A stretch of DNA of 59,175 nucleotides, counting the filler, from Piptocephalis cylindrospora (lineage: Eukaryota), in the NCBI GenBank assembly GCA_003614145.1. It is 6 parts of 6 records of this genome, joined end to end, with 100 filler letters (N's around TTAATTAATTAA, not from the genome) between each part and the next. Parts side by side here need not be neighbours in the genome. Positions count along the whole stretch, not along the records: positions 9,919 to 19,735 come from KZ988067.1; positions 19,836 to 29,620 come from KZ988068.1; 4 more parts are not named here. The stretch is one strand, 5' to 3'. A program made the position numbers and the translations under genes. This document shows, in pieces, positions 12,110 through 25,209 of the stretch (its first letter is position 1; each line of letters begins with the position of its first letter). A model generated the notes under the pieces. The model was not told where the DNA came from. It did not search any database and saw only the letters and a list, made by a program, of their open reading frames with translations.

Positions 12110-12810
12110 CCGTTTCAAAGCCCCTATCGTCTTGTATCCTCCTTCCTAATCTATAGAATAGCCATATTGACGACCTTCTAGGTCCATGTTGGCTTACCTT
12201 GGAAGCGGGAGTAGTTGCTGAGGGGGATGTGCCGGTGGAAAGAGGTCGAGGCAGCAGACTTGGAATGTGTACCTTTGACGCCGGGGGGTGACTATCAGCC
12301 TGTGTCCTGGCGTGTGGGTGTGTGTCTGGGGCTGTGGTGTGATGGGTGTGCACACTTGTTCCCCTCGCACACAGTATGGAGCCAAATAGTGTGGGAGAGG
12401 TAAAGTAGGGCAATGTTGTCAAGGTATAGGATGTACACACGTCTTTCAATGGTCTCAAAAATGGCTCAATTTTAAGTTTTAAATTGGATTCGAATTTCCC
12501 TAAGTGAGGGAGGCTTGCTGGAAGCAGGAGAGAGAGGGGAGGGGGGGAAGGGACCAGTCAAGCCGCCCGCTTTGGTGGTGCTGGGAGAGAGCCTCATGCC
12601 CCCCCTTCCCCCCCCCCCCCCCCCCCCCCCCCGGGGGGGGGGGGGGAAACAGAAAAAGGGGAAAACAAAACCCCCCCCCCCTCCCCCCCCCCCCACCCGA
12701 GCGAGCTTATAAAAAAAAATTTTTTCTTCTGTAAAATCGCAAGTACCTTCCCTCTCCCTCTCTCTCCTATCCTCTTCTTCTCACCGTCTTCTCATCGTCA
12801 CAACCTCCTC

Positions 12811-13957
12811 ATGGATAAATACCAAAAGATCGACAAGCTTGGTGAAGGTAACAATGCCCATGACCCTCCGCCTCTCCTCAACTTCCCATCTCTTCCCCTC
12901 TTCATCAACTAACTGCAATACAAACACCCTCCTGTTAGGGACCTACGGTATTGTCTACAAGGCCTCGAATAAGCTCAATGGAGATGTCGTGGCGTTGAAG
13001 AGGATCCGTTTGGACAATGAGGAGGAGGGAGTGCCTTGCACAGCCATTAGAGAGATCTCACTATTAAAGGAGTTGGAGCATCCCAATATTGTTCAGTAGG
13101 TCCATCTCGGTCGTCATTAACTACATGAGGAATCCCATCCCAACTCACGTTTCCCTCCCATAGACTTCACGATGTGATCCACACGGAAAAGAAGTTAACC
13201 TTAGTTTTTGAGTATCTGGATTCTGATTTAAAAAAGTTTCTTGATTCTTGCAGTGGAGATCTGGATGCATCCACAGTCAAGGTAAACATTATTCAAAGAG
13301 ATAGACAGAGACGCTTAATGGGAGAGGGGGGAGGGAATCATCCATATCTCACCCATCACCCCTCTCCATTCCCAGTCCTTTATGTATCAACTCCTGAAAG
13401 GCATCGCCTTTTGTCATGAGAATCGCGTCCTTCACCGTGACCTTAAGCCTCAAAACCTCCTGATCAACAAGAGGGGAGAGTTGAAGCTGGCCGATTTTGG
13501 GCTAGCAAGGGCCTTTGGTGTCCCAGTTCGATCATACTCGCATGAAGTGGTGACCTTGTGGTACCGGGCGCCCGATGTCCTAATGGGGTCCCGACAGTAC
13601 GGAACATCAATTGACTTGTGGTCCATCGGGTGCATCTTTGCAGAGATGGCTTCGGGCCGACCCCTCTTTCCCGGCTCCTCGGTGTCGGATGAGCTCCTGC
13701 GTATCTTCCGTCTCCTGGGCACGCCCACCGAGGCTACCTGGCCCGAGGTATCCAAGCTCCCGGATTACGCTGCACGTACGGCGGAAATTCCGTCGTTCCC
13801 TCCGCAAGCAGTAGAGAAATACGTAGCCAAGTGTGAGCCCGAAGCCTCCAACCTCCTTCGAGCTTTGCTCACGTATATCCCTCGTGCCAGGATATCCGCT
13901 GCCACTGCCCTATCCCACCCTTACTTTGCCGATATGCACCAGGGGGATCAATCCTGA
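12811..13957 (+). CDS. Cyclin-dependent kinase, CDK5/Pho85-like, with a PCTAIRE helix; 4 exons
   Basis: [54 protein letters not shown]. Introns at 12848-12938, 13096-13163 and 13282-13375. Confidence 0.93.
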
Positions 13958-14506
13958 TCCGGTTTCGGATCTCCTTCCCCCTCCCCCTTCCCTCCTCTTC
14001 CCTCTCACCTTTCCCTCTCTCTTTTCATTTTTATCGTTTTGCAGTAGTCGATTGTGTTATGGATGAGGATGATATCATATAAGCTGTTTTTTCTTCATTG
14101 TTTTAATTCTTGGATCTATGATATAATGGATTGAATTCTTTTTAAAAAAAAAGTAGGCATTGAATAATCCTTTTATGTCGTGGGCAAATGATTCTTTCTA
14201 TAAAAATGGAATCAACAGCAGTATTATAGTATATGGATGAATTGCAACCTTGCGGATGATTAGGATAACTTATCTACTTCTCAATTGAAGCTGATGACGA
14301 TGACCAAACTCTATTTATAAAGGATTCTATGCAAGAAGCATCGTATACATACAAGAAGCAAGATTAAAAAGTGCTCTAAGCTGAGAAAAGGGTCATCCAT
14401 GATACCCGTGATTAGTGACCTACACACAGCGGATACCTCCCTCGCCGGTATCCAGTTCCTCCTCCCCTTCTTCTTCCCCCTTCCCCCCACGTCAAGTCAC
14501 ACGATC

Positions 14507-17083
14507 ATGTCCTTTCAAACCACAGCATCCAACCTCTCCACCCAGGAGGCCTCTTCGCTTTCATTGGAGGATGTGGTACCAAGACATCTGCCCCGGAGAA
14601 CGCTATCGAGTATTGATCCGGAAAAGGCACAGGCAGCGTACAAAGACAAGTCCATGCAGCTGCTCTCGGCGCTCCAGGAGACGGAAAGACTAGTAGAGGA
14701 TGTGCGAGAGGCCAACGGGAAGCCTCAGTTCCTGCACTACCCCCTACCTCCTCCGGGGGGGATGTCCAGCCGGCCTTCCCTGCTGCACCAGGCCCTGATG
14801 AGCCCAGTGCCGACCGAAGACTCTTCCCCTTCAGCCTCACCCTCCTCCTCCTCTGCTTCCCTTCCAGGAGGGACTTCTTCCTCTAATTCGGATACTCGGC
14901 AATTCAAGGTACTTAATCTGGATCTCCAGCTGGGGGGGGCATCACCCTCGGCCCCGGAGCTTCTCTCCTCCCTGGAGCCCGGGTCTCTGGCTACGCTCCT
15001 AGATGCACAGCTGGCCGGAGTACTTTCTCATTTAGGTAGATTGGGATCACGGGTGGCAGATACGTCATCCAAGGTACTCGTGACGGGGGATGTCAATGCG
15101 GGCAAGTCCACGTTCATTAATGCGTTGATGCGTCGGGCGGTGGTGCCCAGCGACCAGCAGCCGCTGACCACGGCATTTTGCGAGGTGATGGACGCGCGGA
15201 TGAATGGGGGGGTGGAGGAGGCGCATCTTTGCCGGCCGGGGGAGACGTACAATCGGCTGGATTCGCGGACCTATACGCCTGTGGGCCTGGAGCACTTGGA
15301 GGAGGTAGCGGCGGACTTTGAGGCCGAGGAGGGCCGAGTGGTTAAGGTGTATTGTCGGGAGGCACGAGGAAAAAGGGAGGCGCATGAGGATGGGATGAGG
15401 ATGGGGAGGGCGGAGGAAGCGGAGGAGGCGGACCCGGGACTCCTGAGTAATGGGGCGGTGGATGTGGCGCTCGTGGACTCACCGGGCCTGAACACGGATA
15501 GCCTGAAGACACTGGCGTGTTTTGCGTTTCAGGAGGAGATTGATGTGGTGGTGTTTGTGGTGAATTCGGAGAACCACTTTACACAATCGGGTCGGGAGTT
15601 CATGGTGACAGCAGGGAGGGAGAAGGCGTATATTTTTGTCGTGGTGAACAAGTATGATCTGATCCGTCGGAAGGACCGGTGCAAGGAGGCGATCCTCAAG
15701 CAGTTATCGGAGGTGTCTCCGGAGACGCGGGAGGATGCGGGTGATCTGGTGCACTTTGTGTCGGCTGAAGGGGCACGGCAGTCGCGGGAGGCGCAGGGCC
15801 CGGATGCGCCGGTGGCAGCGGAATGGGCCAGGATGGAGAGGTCACTTCGGGGGTTCATCTTGGAGAAACGGGCTAGGAGTAAGCTTGGGCCGGCGCAACG
15901 GTACCTCCTCCAGCTCCTTGGGGATCTTCGGGTGTTGGCGTCGACGAACCGTCGACGGACCGAAAGGGCGGAACGTGATGCGGAACGGACGTTGTCGGAT
16001 GCGATTCCTCGGTGCCGAAGTGGGGAGGAGGAAGCACGACGGGATACCGAGGGAGCGGAGCGGGAGATGGATGCAGCGTGTGATGCGATTGTGACGGAGG
16101 TGCGAACACGGCTGACCTTAGTGATGGATACGTTGGAGGATCGAGTGGTGGACCCGGAATGGCAGGGTTGGGTGCATACCTGGTCGTACATCCAGGAGGT
16201 CCGGTCTGGGATGGTGCGGGCGTGGGATCGGGAGGTATCGACATGCGAGCGGATGGCGTCGGACCGGGTGCAGGAAGGGACCCGGCGGATTCTTCAGTTG
16301 GGCAAGACACGACTTGCAGCGTATCCTCCCCGAGAGCCGGATTTGGCGCGGCTCTTTGAGGAACGTCGACGTGGCAGGAAGAGTACATCAAGCAGGAAGA
16401 AAGGGGGGTCTGGGGCCGTGCCTGGGGCCGGAGAAGGGTCTCTGGCGTTTGGGTTAGAGGTGACGGACCTAGTGGATGTGCGGGAGCGGCTTGGCCTTGC
16501 CACGGTATCTGTTGGGGGAATGGCAATGATTGGGGGTCAGCTGATCGGGGCCCGACGGCTCCTCATGGATGTGGTGACCTTTGGAGGTTTACTTGGCGGG
16601 AGGCTGGCACGACAGATGCTTGCTGTTGGGGTTGCAGCGACAGGTATGAGTGGATGGGGGAGGGGGAGTTCTTTGTATCTGATTTACCCGCTCACTCATT
16701 GACACATCCACATTCAATTAGCTTTGGGTCTAGGACTCTATATTATTGGAGATGTCAAGCATGCGGTGCAGAGGAGAGTGGCGGCCAAGTGCCGAAAGGT
16801 GCTCCTGGCGGATGGGATCCTAGATGGACATGTGGACCGGATTTCGCGTCGGTCCCATAGTGCGCTTCGGTATGGCGTGCAAGATTTGACACGGAGGTAC
16901 GAGCTTCTCCTGGAGGAGGCGCAGAGGGAGCGGATGGAGGGGGAGCGGGTGGCCAAGGAGGCGTCCGAGGGTCGGAGATACTACAAGGCCCTGGGTCGTA
17001 GGATTCGGGAGTTGGAGGAGATGATTCGGTCTGTGGATACGAATGAGAAGAAGGTCCCGCTTCCTGAACCGACGGATGATTAG
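14507..17083 (+). CDS. FZO1: Mitofusin / transmembrane GTPase Fzo1; intron 16644-16721
   Basis: SKVLVTGDVNAGKSTFINAL (G1), DSPGLNTDS (G3), FQEEIDVVVFVVNSENHFTQSG, VVNKYD (G4), KRARSKLGPAQRYL. C-terminal hydrophobic segments and a coiled coil. Confidence 0.93.
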
Positions 17084-17259
17084 ATGAGAGGAGATGATGA
17101 TGAACGTGTGTGTGTGTGAGGGGGTTCTGAACAACATAAAGTATGTGTGGTCCTCAATATAAAGGTAGCAAGGATAAAGTGGGGATAAAAATGATCCTAC
17201 AAGGGAACAGCTCGTCTTTTAGAGTAAAAATACAAAACAGAGGGGATTGGGGAAAAGAC

Positions 17260-17766
17260 TCAAGGCCAATCGCAGGCGTGGACAAGGACCGAGGCAAGAC
17301 GTTCGATGCCGCGAATGTCCTCGGGAAGGAAGGCATCTAGGATGGCGGCATCGACATCCCATACTCCGAGGACGCGGTCATTGTGGATGAGTGGGACGAC
17401 GACCTCGGACTTTGAGGCAGAATCACAGGCGATGTGACCGGGGAAGGCATCGACATCACTGACGGCCAGGGGGGTTCGGCGTTCTGCAGCGGTACCACAC
17501 ACGCCCCGACCCAGACGAATGTGGGTGCAGGCCACTTGACCCTGGAAGGGTCCTAGGGTGAGGAGATGGGGGTTGGCAGGGTCCTGAATGTAAAAGCCGG
17601 TCCAGTTGATGTGGCGGTCCTTGCCCAGTCGACCCGAGGCAAAGGCGTTGTGAAGGTGGGCAGCGGCATTGGACATGTTGGTGACCCAGAAGCGTTGGTT
17701 AGACAGGAGGGATTTGAGCTCCTCAGCCAGTTCGGCGTAAGCGGATTCTCTTTCGATGGAGGACAT
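17260..17766 (-). CDS. Free methionine-R-sulfoxide reductase (GAF domain, fRMsr/MsrC)
   Basis: INWTGFY, LGPFQGQVAC, GRGVCGTAA, FPGHIACDSASKSEVVVP. Confidence 0.93.
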   Translation of the reverse strand: MSSIERESAYAELAEELKSLLSNQRFWVTNMSNAAAHLHNAFASGRLGKDRHINWTGFYIQDPANPHLLTLGPFQGQVACTHIRLGRGVCGTAAERRTPLAVSDVDAFPGHIACDSASKSEVVVPLIHNDRVLGVWDVDAAILDAFLPEDIRGIERLASVLVHACDWP

Positions 17767-18651
17767 GTAGAGAGGGGAAGGGGAGAAGGAGGGGAAGGAG
17801 GAAGAGATGGACGGGGAGGGGTGGGGAGGAATGAAAAGAAAGGGGGACAAGAAGCTCAGGACTGGGATGAGGGATATGGAAATGACAGAGGGTGATGAGG
17901 AGGATGTGTAGGGATGGAGGAGATGAACCAGTGCCGTTTCCATATCCCCTCTGGCTTTATACCTTTTGCCTCATCTCGCTTAGATGGAGGACGTGGTGAG
18001 AGGTTTCGAACGGAGCTCCATGTTTCCCCGCACTCAGGAAAGGGGGCGACGGGACGGGACGGGGAATCGGATGGGGGGGGAGGGGTGCAGAGTAGGGGGC
18101 AAGATCCTCGATATCAGTCATCACACACTTGGATGCGATAACAAGAGGGACCTGTCCAGATTCAGAGCCATGTCGTGCTTATGGTGCTGGCTTGTTCAGG
18201 TGGGAGGTGATTGGCCAGGTTATTTCCAATGTCTTACCCCGGGCTGCTGATTGGGTGGAGATGGGGTGACTGAGGATTTAGATGAGGGAGGGACGTGTGT
18301 GTATGTGCGTGTGTGCGTGTGTGCGTGTGTGTGTGCGTGCGTGTGGGGGAGGGCGAGTGCGGGTCTCACTGATTTTAGGGTATAAGGGCAGACGATATGG
18401 TGCACAGAGGGGACACACACAGCCGGAAATGACATGGCGTTTTCAAAACCAGCTAGCAAATCGTCTTGCTAGAGGATGAGGAAGCACGCAGCCATTCGGG
18501 GATTGGCTCTTCCTCTCCATCTTGAGGGGAGCAGTTCATCCTCCTCTCAAGCTGGCGGTGGAGATTGAAAATAGATAGAGCAGGGAGGAGAGGATGGAGA
18601 CTAGGATGTCACCATGGAGATGGGGATGGATCTGCTCATCTCATCTCAACT

Positions 18652-18727
18652 CAGCTTAGCCTGTGTCAGCTCAGGTCAATCACCTCATCCCAGCTTGACC
18701 TCTCTCAGCCCAGGTCGATCACCTCAT
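18652..18727. repeat. Imperfect direct duplication with a 39-bp period
   Basis: cagcttagcctgtgtcagctcaggtcaatcacctcat versus cagcttgacctctctcagcccaggtcgatcacctcat. Confidence 0.75.
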
Positions 18728-19269
18728 TCGTGCAGGAAATCCGTCATGGCTCAGCCATCTCATCCCATTTAAGAAGGACGTGTTGACACCGACCAGGATA
18801 TGCATCGGATCGTATGGATTCTTATGTAGAGGCTGAATGGGCCGACTCGATCGGGCCTTGCGCTGGTAGCGGAATGTGTAGGATGGGAGGAGTGTTCTTT
18901 AGCATCGTGACGGGCGTAGTCATGCCATAGTCACGGTTCATCCTAGTCGTTGCCGTCATAGCCACGCCAGCTCGTTGTCACGATCCGTAGTATTGTTTGT
19001 TGGTGTGTGTGTATGTGTATGTGTGGAAAATACAACATAAAATCCAGAATAGCTCCAAAACGCTAGAAATACACCCTTCTACCTAAACACCCCCTATAGA
19101 CATGTCGATGGTAAAGCGGTTGACTATGAATTGACCGGGCCTACCCCACACATCCAATTCCCCTCCCTGGTCTCTCTCTGGTCTCTACTATTCATCTCCT
19201 GTTTAAAAGTACCCTCAAGCATGGATACGCCCCTTCCCATCCTACATCCATCGCAGCATCTCTCGTCCT

Positions 19270-19735
19270 TTATGACCAAGTCCTGTTCCAGTCATTAGCA
19301 GAAGTGGAGTGGGAGTAGGAGCCGCCTTGCTGCTGTCGCTGTTGCTGGTTCAGCGACTGGTTGGATGTTGCCGAGGAAAAGGGATTGTTGTTCCTCTTTT
19401 CCGGGAACTGCGTACTAGGGTCCGACTGGCTTTCCCCGCCAATGTCGATGAGCATGGCCGTGTTGGCCTTTGGGTGTGCACGTACGGGGGGAGAGAGGGG
19501 GAGGGTGTGTGTGTGAGGAGAAGTCAAGGACGCTGGGGCTTCACCTCTCCCTTTCACATCAACACTTACGCTGCCCTGAGGGTTGGTGGAGGAAAAGGGA
19601 TTGACTTGGCCCGTGGCGGTGGAGGCATAGGTCTGATCATAATTGCTGGGCGAAGTGCCCATCCCGGCTCCCATGGAAGAGCCGTACCCACCTGGTGAGA
19701 AGCCCGTGGTGGTGGTCATGGAGGAGGATTGATTG
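19270..19735 (-). CDS. 3' fragment of a gene with NPF motifs (endocytic adaptor-like, e.g. epsin/AP180 tail), cut by the contig end
   Basis: Low-complexity S/T/Q/G tail with two NPF motifs and an LIDI clathrin-box-like word. Probable intron at about 19468-19569. Confidence 0.5.
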
Positions 19736-19835
19736 NNNNNNNNNNNNNNNNNNNNNNNNNNNNNNNNNNNNNNNNNNNNTTAATTAATTAANNNNNNNNN
19801 NNNNNNNNNNNNNNNNNNNNNNNNNNNNNNNNNNN
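19736..19835. other. Artificial contig-joining spacer
   Basis: N44-TTAATTAATTAA-N44. Confidence 0.97.
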
Positions 19836-21627
19836 TGTGTGTGTGCACGCAGTCTGTCATAGTGGAAAGGGGGGAAGGACAGACATGCCCTGTACTCATT
19901 CTGTGCGTGCACACAGAGAAGGGGGGATTGAAGCCCCGCTCCTCCTGCTCCCCTTGCCACCTCTTCTCTTTTCCGCAGCATCGTGTGTATAGTGAGGGCA
20001 AAGGCAAGGATGTAATAAGGAAGAGAGGGCAAGGGATGCGCCTTTCCTTTCCCTTCCCCCACCCATCCTTAATCTTCCTTCATCTGCTGCTGCCGCTGCT
20101 GCTGCGGCGGCGGCGGCGGGGGCGTCGGATGATTCCACTCTGCTGGACAGGCGATATATTGAAAAGAGGCTGGTAAATTGAGGGAAGTGTGAGTGTGAGT
20201 GTGAGTAGGAGCAGGTTGAGGAGGCGGAGTAAACAGATCTCTGTTCTCCAGCCAGCCATGAACACTATGGGGACATGTCTGTATGTGTGTATGTGTGCCT
20301 CAGATGGGGGGATAGTGGCGGAGTAGTAAAAGGGTCGGTGAGTCAAAGTCTGGGAGAGTAGCGGAGTGTCAAGACGTGTTCCGGTCGGGTGTATGTATGG
20401 ATGGATGGATGGATAGAGGGATGGGTCATAGTCTTGGAGGCAGGAGGATGGACAGGGTGTAATATCCCTCTCTTCCCGCTAGGAAGAGGCGTGGAGGAGG
20501 ATGGGACATCTCCCCTCTACCTCAGGAAGCGACAGAGGGCAGCAAGGCTTGACCTTGAGCCAACAAGACACCCACATTGATCTCCAAGGACCCATCGATA
20601 GATTGTCCTTTGCCCAAAGTAGAAGGTTTTAATTGCGGCTTTCTCTTTCTACTGATCATGTTGAGAAATGGCCCCTATCGAGTATGGCATGACGGTACTG
20701 GCGAGGGGCTGCTTTCCCATGACTCCCTTCATCGACGGCCTACTCTCCCATCTATTCACATCGATGAGCATGAAACCCCATGAGTAAATGAAAGCGTGAA
20801 GAGGAGAAGCCATGAGAAGGTCCCCATCTTGCATGAACACTCCCTCATCTCTATTCATAGCACCAGGCCATCTCCTCCTCCGTCCCTGCACACATGACCG
20901 CTCGGTGGTGTCAGTCCATAGAGGATAAATCATCTCTTCGCACAGACCATCATCCATCCCCTGGTATGCTCTGTAGGCCCTCATGCAGGAGTCTTCATCC
21001 CCTCTCCCTCCCTTCCTTCTCCTTCTTTATCCCTGTCCTTTCGTTTTTCTCCGTCTCTCTCACCTTGACCGTTCCTTCCAGTACAAACCCACCCCACGCA
21101 GACCTCTTCCCAGTCCTTTGCCTCCCACCCTCCAACCAGAGTCCATCTCACCTTTCCTTTTTATCTGGTAGGCTACTTGGCACCGCTTTTCCCCATCTAA
21201 CTGCTTGAGACGGGCTGTTGCACATTGCCTAACTCACTCTAGCTTCTCTTCCTCCTCCCATCTGGATCATCCCTCGTCCCTCCCGGCCTTGCTCGACTCT
21301 ACTCACCGTACAGTAAGTCCTCCTTCCCCTCCCTGTACCCTCCGTCTACGTGCCTGTGAGAGCTGGAAAGTGAGTGGGACGGAGATGGTGTGTCGGCCTT
21401 TTAGTCCAGACCCCCACAATGGCCTGTCTTTCTAGTCTCTCATGAACGAAGTGGATATCAGCTCACTCGATCGAGAGGATGTCTGAATGAGGGTGAGAGA
21501 GTCACCACATCGCAGAGTCTTCATCCATTCTTGTTCTTTTTCCTCCTCTTTTTCACCATCCATACTCACTCCTCTTCTCTCCCCTCTTCAACGCTCTTCT
21601 AGTCCCTCTCTGCTTCAGAACCCAAGA

Positions 21628-22285
21628 ATGCAAGCCATCAAGTGTGTCGTTGTTGGTGATGGGTAAGTCATATACATCTCTGTCTCTACTGTCCCTCCAG
21701 CCCCCACTCACCCCCTCCCCCCCTCCATCTCCTCGCTACAGTGCCGTCGGAAAAACTTGTCTCTTGATCAGTTATACCACCAACGCCTTCCCCGGCGAGT
21801 ACATCCCCACGGTGTTTGACAATTACTCGGCAAATGTCATGGTGGATGGCAAGCCCATCAACCTTGGCCTTTGGGATACCGCCGGTCAGGAGGATTACGA
21901 TCGTCTCCGTCCCCTCTCTTATCCTCAGACCGATGTCTTCCTCATCTGCTTCTCCCTCGTCTCCCCTCCCTCCTATGAGAATGTTCGTACCAAGTGGTAC
22001 CCCGAGATCTCCCATCACGCCCCCAACATCCCACTCATTCTTGTCGGCACCAAGCTCGATCTTCGCGAGGACCGGGAGACCGTGGAGAAGCTCCGGGACA
22101 AGCGCATGGCCCCCATCCTCTACCCCCAGGGTCTTCAGATGGCCAAGGACATTGGCGCCGTTCGCTACCTCGAGTGCTCTGCCCTTACCCAAAAGGGCCT
22201 CAAGAACGTCTTTGACGAGGCCATCCGTGCCGTCCTCTGCCCTCCCCAGACCACGAGGAAGTCCAAGAAGTGCCTTTTGCTTTAG
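21628..22285 (+). CDS. RAC1: Rho-family GTPase Rac1; intron 21663-21741, with a probable 5'-UTR intron at 21313-21602
   Basis: [62 protein letters not shown], polybasic tail and CAAX box CLLL. Confidence 0.97.
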
Positions 22286-23295
22286 AAGGCTCGATGACTG
22301 GGATACATGGAAGGACCGTGAGGGCCCCAGGAGGGGGACAAGAGGAGAATGCCAGGATGTACGTCTTTGTCCATCACATCATCATCCCCAAGTGAATGAA
22401 GATGGGAGTATAGGGACTCTGAGGGTAGCTAGGGTGTGTGTGTGAGTGTGAGTGCTTTTCCGTGTCCGCGCGTATGTGTGTGTGTGTGCTGAGTAGGAGT
22501 AGGAATGGGGAAATGGAGGAGAGATGGGGGAGGAGGAGGAAGAGGAAGAGGAAGAGGAAGAGGAGGAGGGGAAGGGGGGGAGATGGAAAGATGGAGGGGA
22601 TATTTTCCCTCTACCTCCCTTCTCATCTTCCCCTCTCTCTCTCTTCCTCTCCCTCTCCCCCCCCCCCCCCCCACTCCCTTTCCCCATCTTTCTTTCCCCC
22701 CTCCCAACCCTTTCTTTTTTTTTTTTTTTTGGTCACATTTAAGGAGATGAGATGAACAGGGGTTTTTTATATTTTCATTTCTTTTTGCAAGTGTTGGTAC
22801 GGATGATGTGTGAGAAAGAGTGAGATGAATGAATAAACCAAAAGCACTGTAAACGAAAATGATAAAAACGCTCCTCCGTCCTTGGTTATCCCGAGAAAAT
22901 AATCTTTGATATATATAAAAGTATCCCATTTTTATTAGTATACATCATGGACTATCCAAAGACTGTACATTGATGGTAATAAATATATTTTATTTCCCCG
23001 ATGGGGTAGGCATGGGGTCATCCGAACACATCATCCTCCTCCCAAGACTGTATATTTTACATCACTACCCATCATGGATGACCCTGTAAAGAATGTGTTC
23101 ACCCCTCTATCTATAGATTATCTCTCTCTAATCATTTCCCTGAGTGCACACAAACCTGTGGAATGCGATGTAGAGAGTGATAATGACAATAATAATACTA
23201 GTACACACGCACACATTCTCGGTCCAACTACTCGTCTGATCAAGGACTCTTCTTTCCACATTTTCCATCCATCCCACTCTCCCAAAACCTACAGC

Positions 23296-24909
23296 ATGGC
23301 CTCATCAGTCCCTGGAAAGAAAAGCAAGGAGGATTGGCGTAGGGCCAAGGACCTGGAGGCAGCCAGGAAGGCTGGTACTGTCCCGGCCGAGTTGGACGAG
23401 GAGGGCAATGAGATCAATCCCCATATCCCTCAGTACATGTCCCAGGCTCCCTGTAAGCCTCTTTCCGGTAGGGACATGGGATCCTCAGCCATAAAACTCA
23501 CTCCCCCTCCCCCCCTCCCCTCCTCTCTGTCTTCATAGGGTACGTGGATACGGGAAAGGCTTCGCTGAAGCATCAAAGGGCTCCGGAGGGCATGTCTCAG
23601 GAGACTATTGCATCCTTGGAGAGCTCTTGGTATACTCGAGGCAAGAGGGCTGGACCAGCGGCCAAGCGATACCGGAAAGGGGCTTGTGAGAATTGCGGGG
23701 CGATGACCCATGTCTCCAAAGATTGCGTTGAACGGCCCAGGAAGAAGGGAGCACGCTGGACTAACCGGGACATCCAGGTAAGTTCTGTTGGGGGATGGTA
23801 GGGGGGAGACGTCCGAATACACTCATTCATTCCTCCATCCTAGGCCGATGAGGTGGTTGAGGACATTTCCTTGGGATACGAGGGTAAAAGGGACCGCTGG
23901 AATGGTTATGATCCTTCCACTCAAGCCGAGTTAATTCAAGGTAAGTTCTATTTACAGTGATTCGTATATGGAGACAACCCCACTCATTCACCCTTGCAAT
24001 CATTGCCCTTTATCCTCCCAAGAACATGAATTGGTTGAGGAGGCGAGGAAGAGGAAAAAGGCCGAGGAACTAGATAAGGCGCAATTGCAAATGTCCTTGG
24101 ACGTGGCCACAAAGGTCTCCAAGGGCAGCACTGCCGCCGAGGATCCTGATGAGACTGAGGGGTACTTTGGGGCCGATGGGGATGAAAGTGATGGGGATGA
24201 GGACAAGTATGCCGAAGGTGCCGGGGTTTCCGGACAAAAGTTCGACGCCAAGACCCGTATCACCGTGAGGAATCTGCGGATTCGGGAGGACACGGCCAAA
24301 TACCTCATGAATCTGGATGTCAAGTCAGCTCATTACGATCCCAAGACCCGGTCCATGCGTGGTAATCCCAACATGGCCAATCCCAATGCCGCCTACCGTG
24401 GTGACAATGTCCTTCGAGGCTCTGGGGATACCGCTGCCATGGGAAGGTTACAAGGGTTTGCCTGGAGCGCCTCACCCTCCGATTCTCCCGTTGGCTCTTC
24501 CTCCGGCTCCATCCAGGAGGGCGGGGGAGGGGGGGAGGAGGGACAAGTCCATCTCCAGGCCAATCCTACCCAGTCTGACCGGCTCTACCGATCCCATCTG
24601 GAGGAGAGGGCCGAGAAGGACACCGAGACCAAATCCTCCATCCTTGCCCAGTACGGCGGGTTGGAGCATCTCGTGGAGGCCCCTCCCCCTGAGCTCCTAC
24701 AATCTGCCACTGAGCATTACGTAGAGTACAGCCGATCGGGCCAAGTGGTACGGGGGAAGGAGAGCATGAGACCCCGTAGCAAGTACGAGGAGGATGTCCA
24801 TCCCATGAACCATTCCACCACTTGGGGAAGCTGGTGGGAGGATGGACAGTGGGGTTATGGATGCTGTAAGCAAGTATTGCGCAATGCGTACTGTACCTCT
24901 TCTGGATAG
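23296..24909 (+). CDS. SLU7: Pre-mRNA splicing factor Slu7; introns 23453-23538, 23778-23843 and 23941-24022
   Basis: [16 protein letters not shown], zinc knuckle [41 protein letters not shown]...WGYGCC. Confidence 0.95.
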
Positions 24910-25209
24910 AGGGGACCCACCCCCCATGGATGCGAGGTGCATATTGTTGTTGTTGTTGTTGTTATCATTACACGTTCCTTCTCTTGCCATTTCCATGATT
25001 CAGGAGAGAAAAAAGAGCGAAAAAGAAACCTGGAGAGCAGCATGATGTATTTTTCCCCACTTGGATGAGAGCCAGATGGGAGAGATGGGCTCTCCCAGTA
25101 GCTAAGCGCCTCCCAGAAGGTCAGGATACATACACGCGTGCACCGAAAGGCTAGGGGGGAAGGGCTTGAACAAACCAGCCGTCCATCCACTGGCACACCG
25201 GGGCGCGGC

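Larger units (their letters stand above)
11600..12197 (-). other. Probable long (~598 nt) 5'-UTR intron of RPL17
   Basis: Acceptor tactcatc...catttacAG ends 20 nt before the ATG. Consensus donor AAG|GTAAGC at 12197. Pairing of this donor with this acceptor is inferred. Confidence 0.6.

Noticed and set aside
12597..12725. Poly-C / poly-G / poly-A block as a G-quadruplex or hairpin regulatory element
   Set aside because: The pattern of successive long homopolymers looks like degraded read sequence after a C-run, so it cannot be trusted.
17260..17766. Selenoprotein or stop-readthrough in the methionine sulfoxide reductase
   Set aside because: No in-frame TGA within the domain. The Cys residues are ordinary Cys codons.
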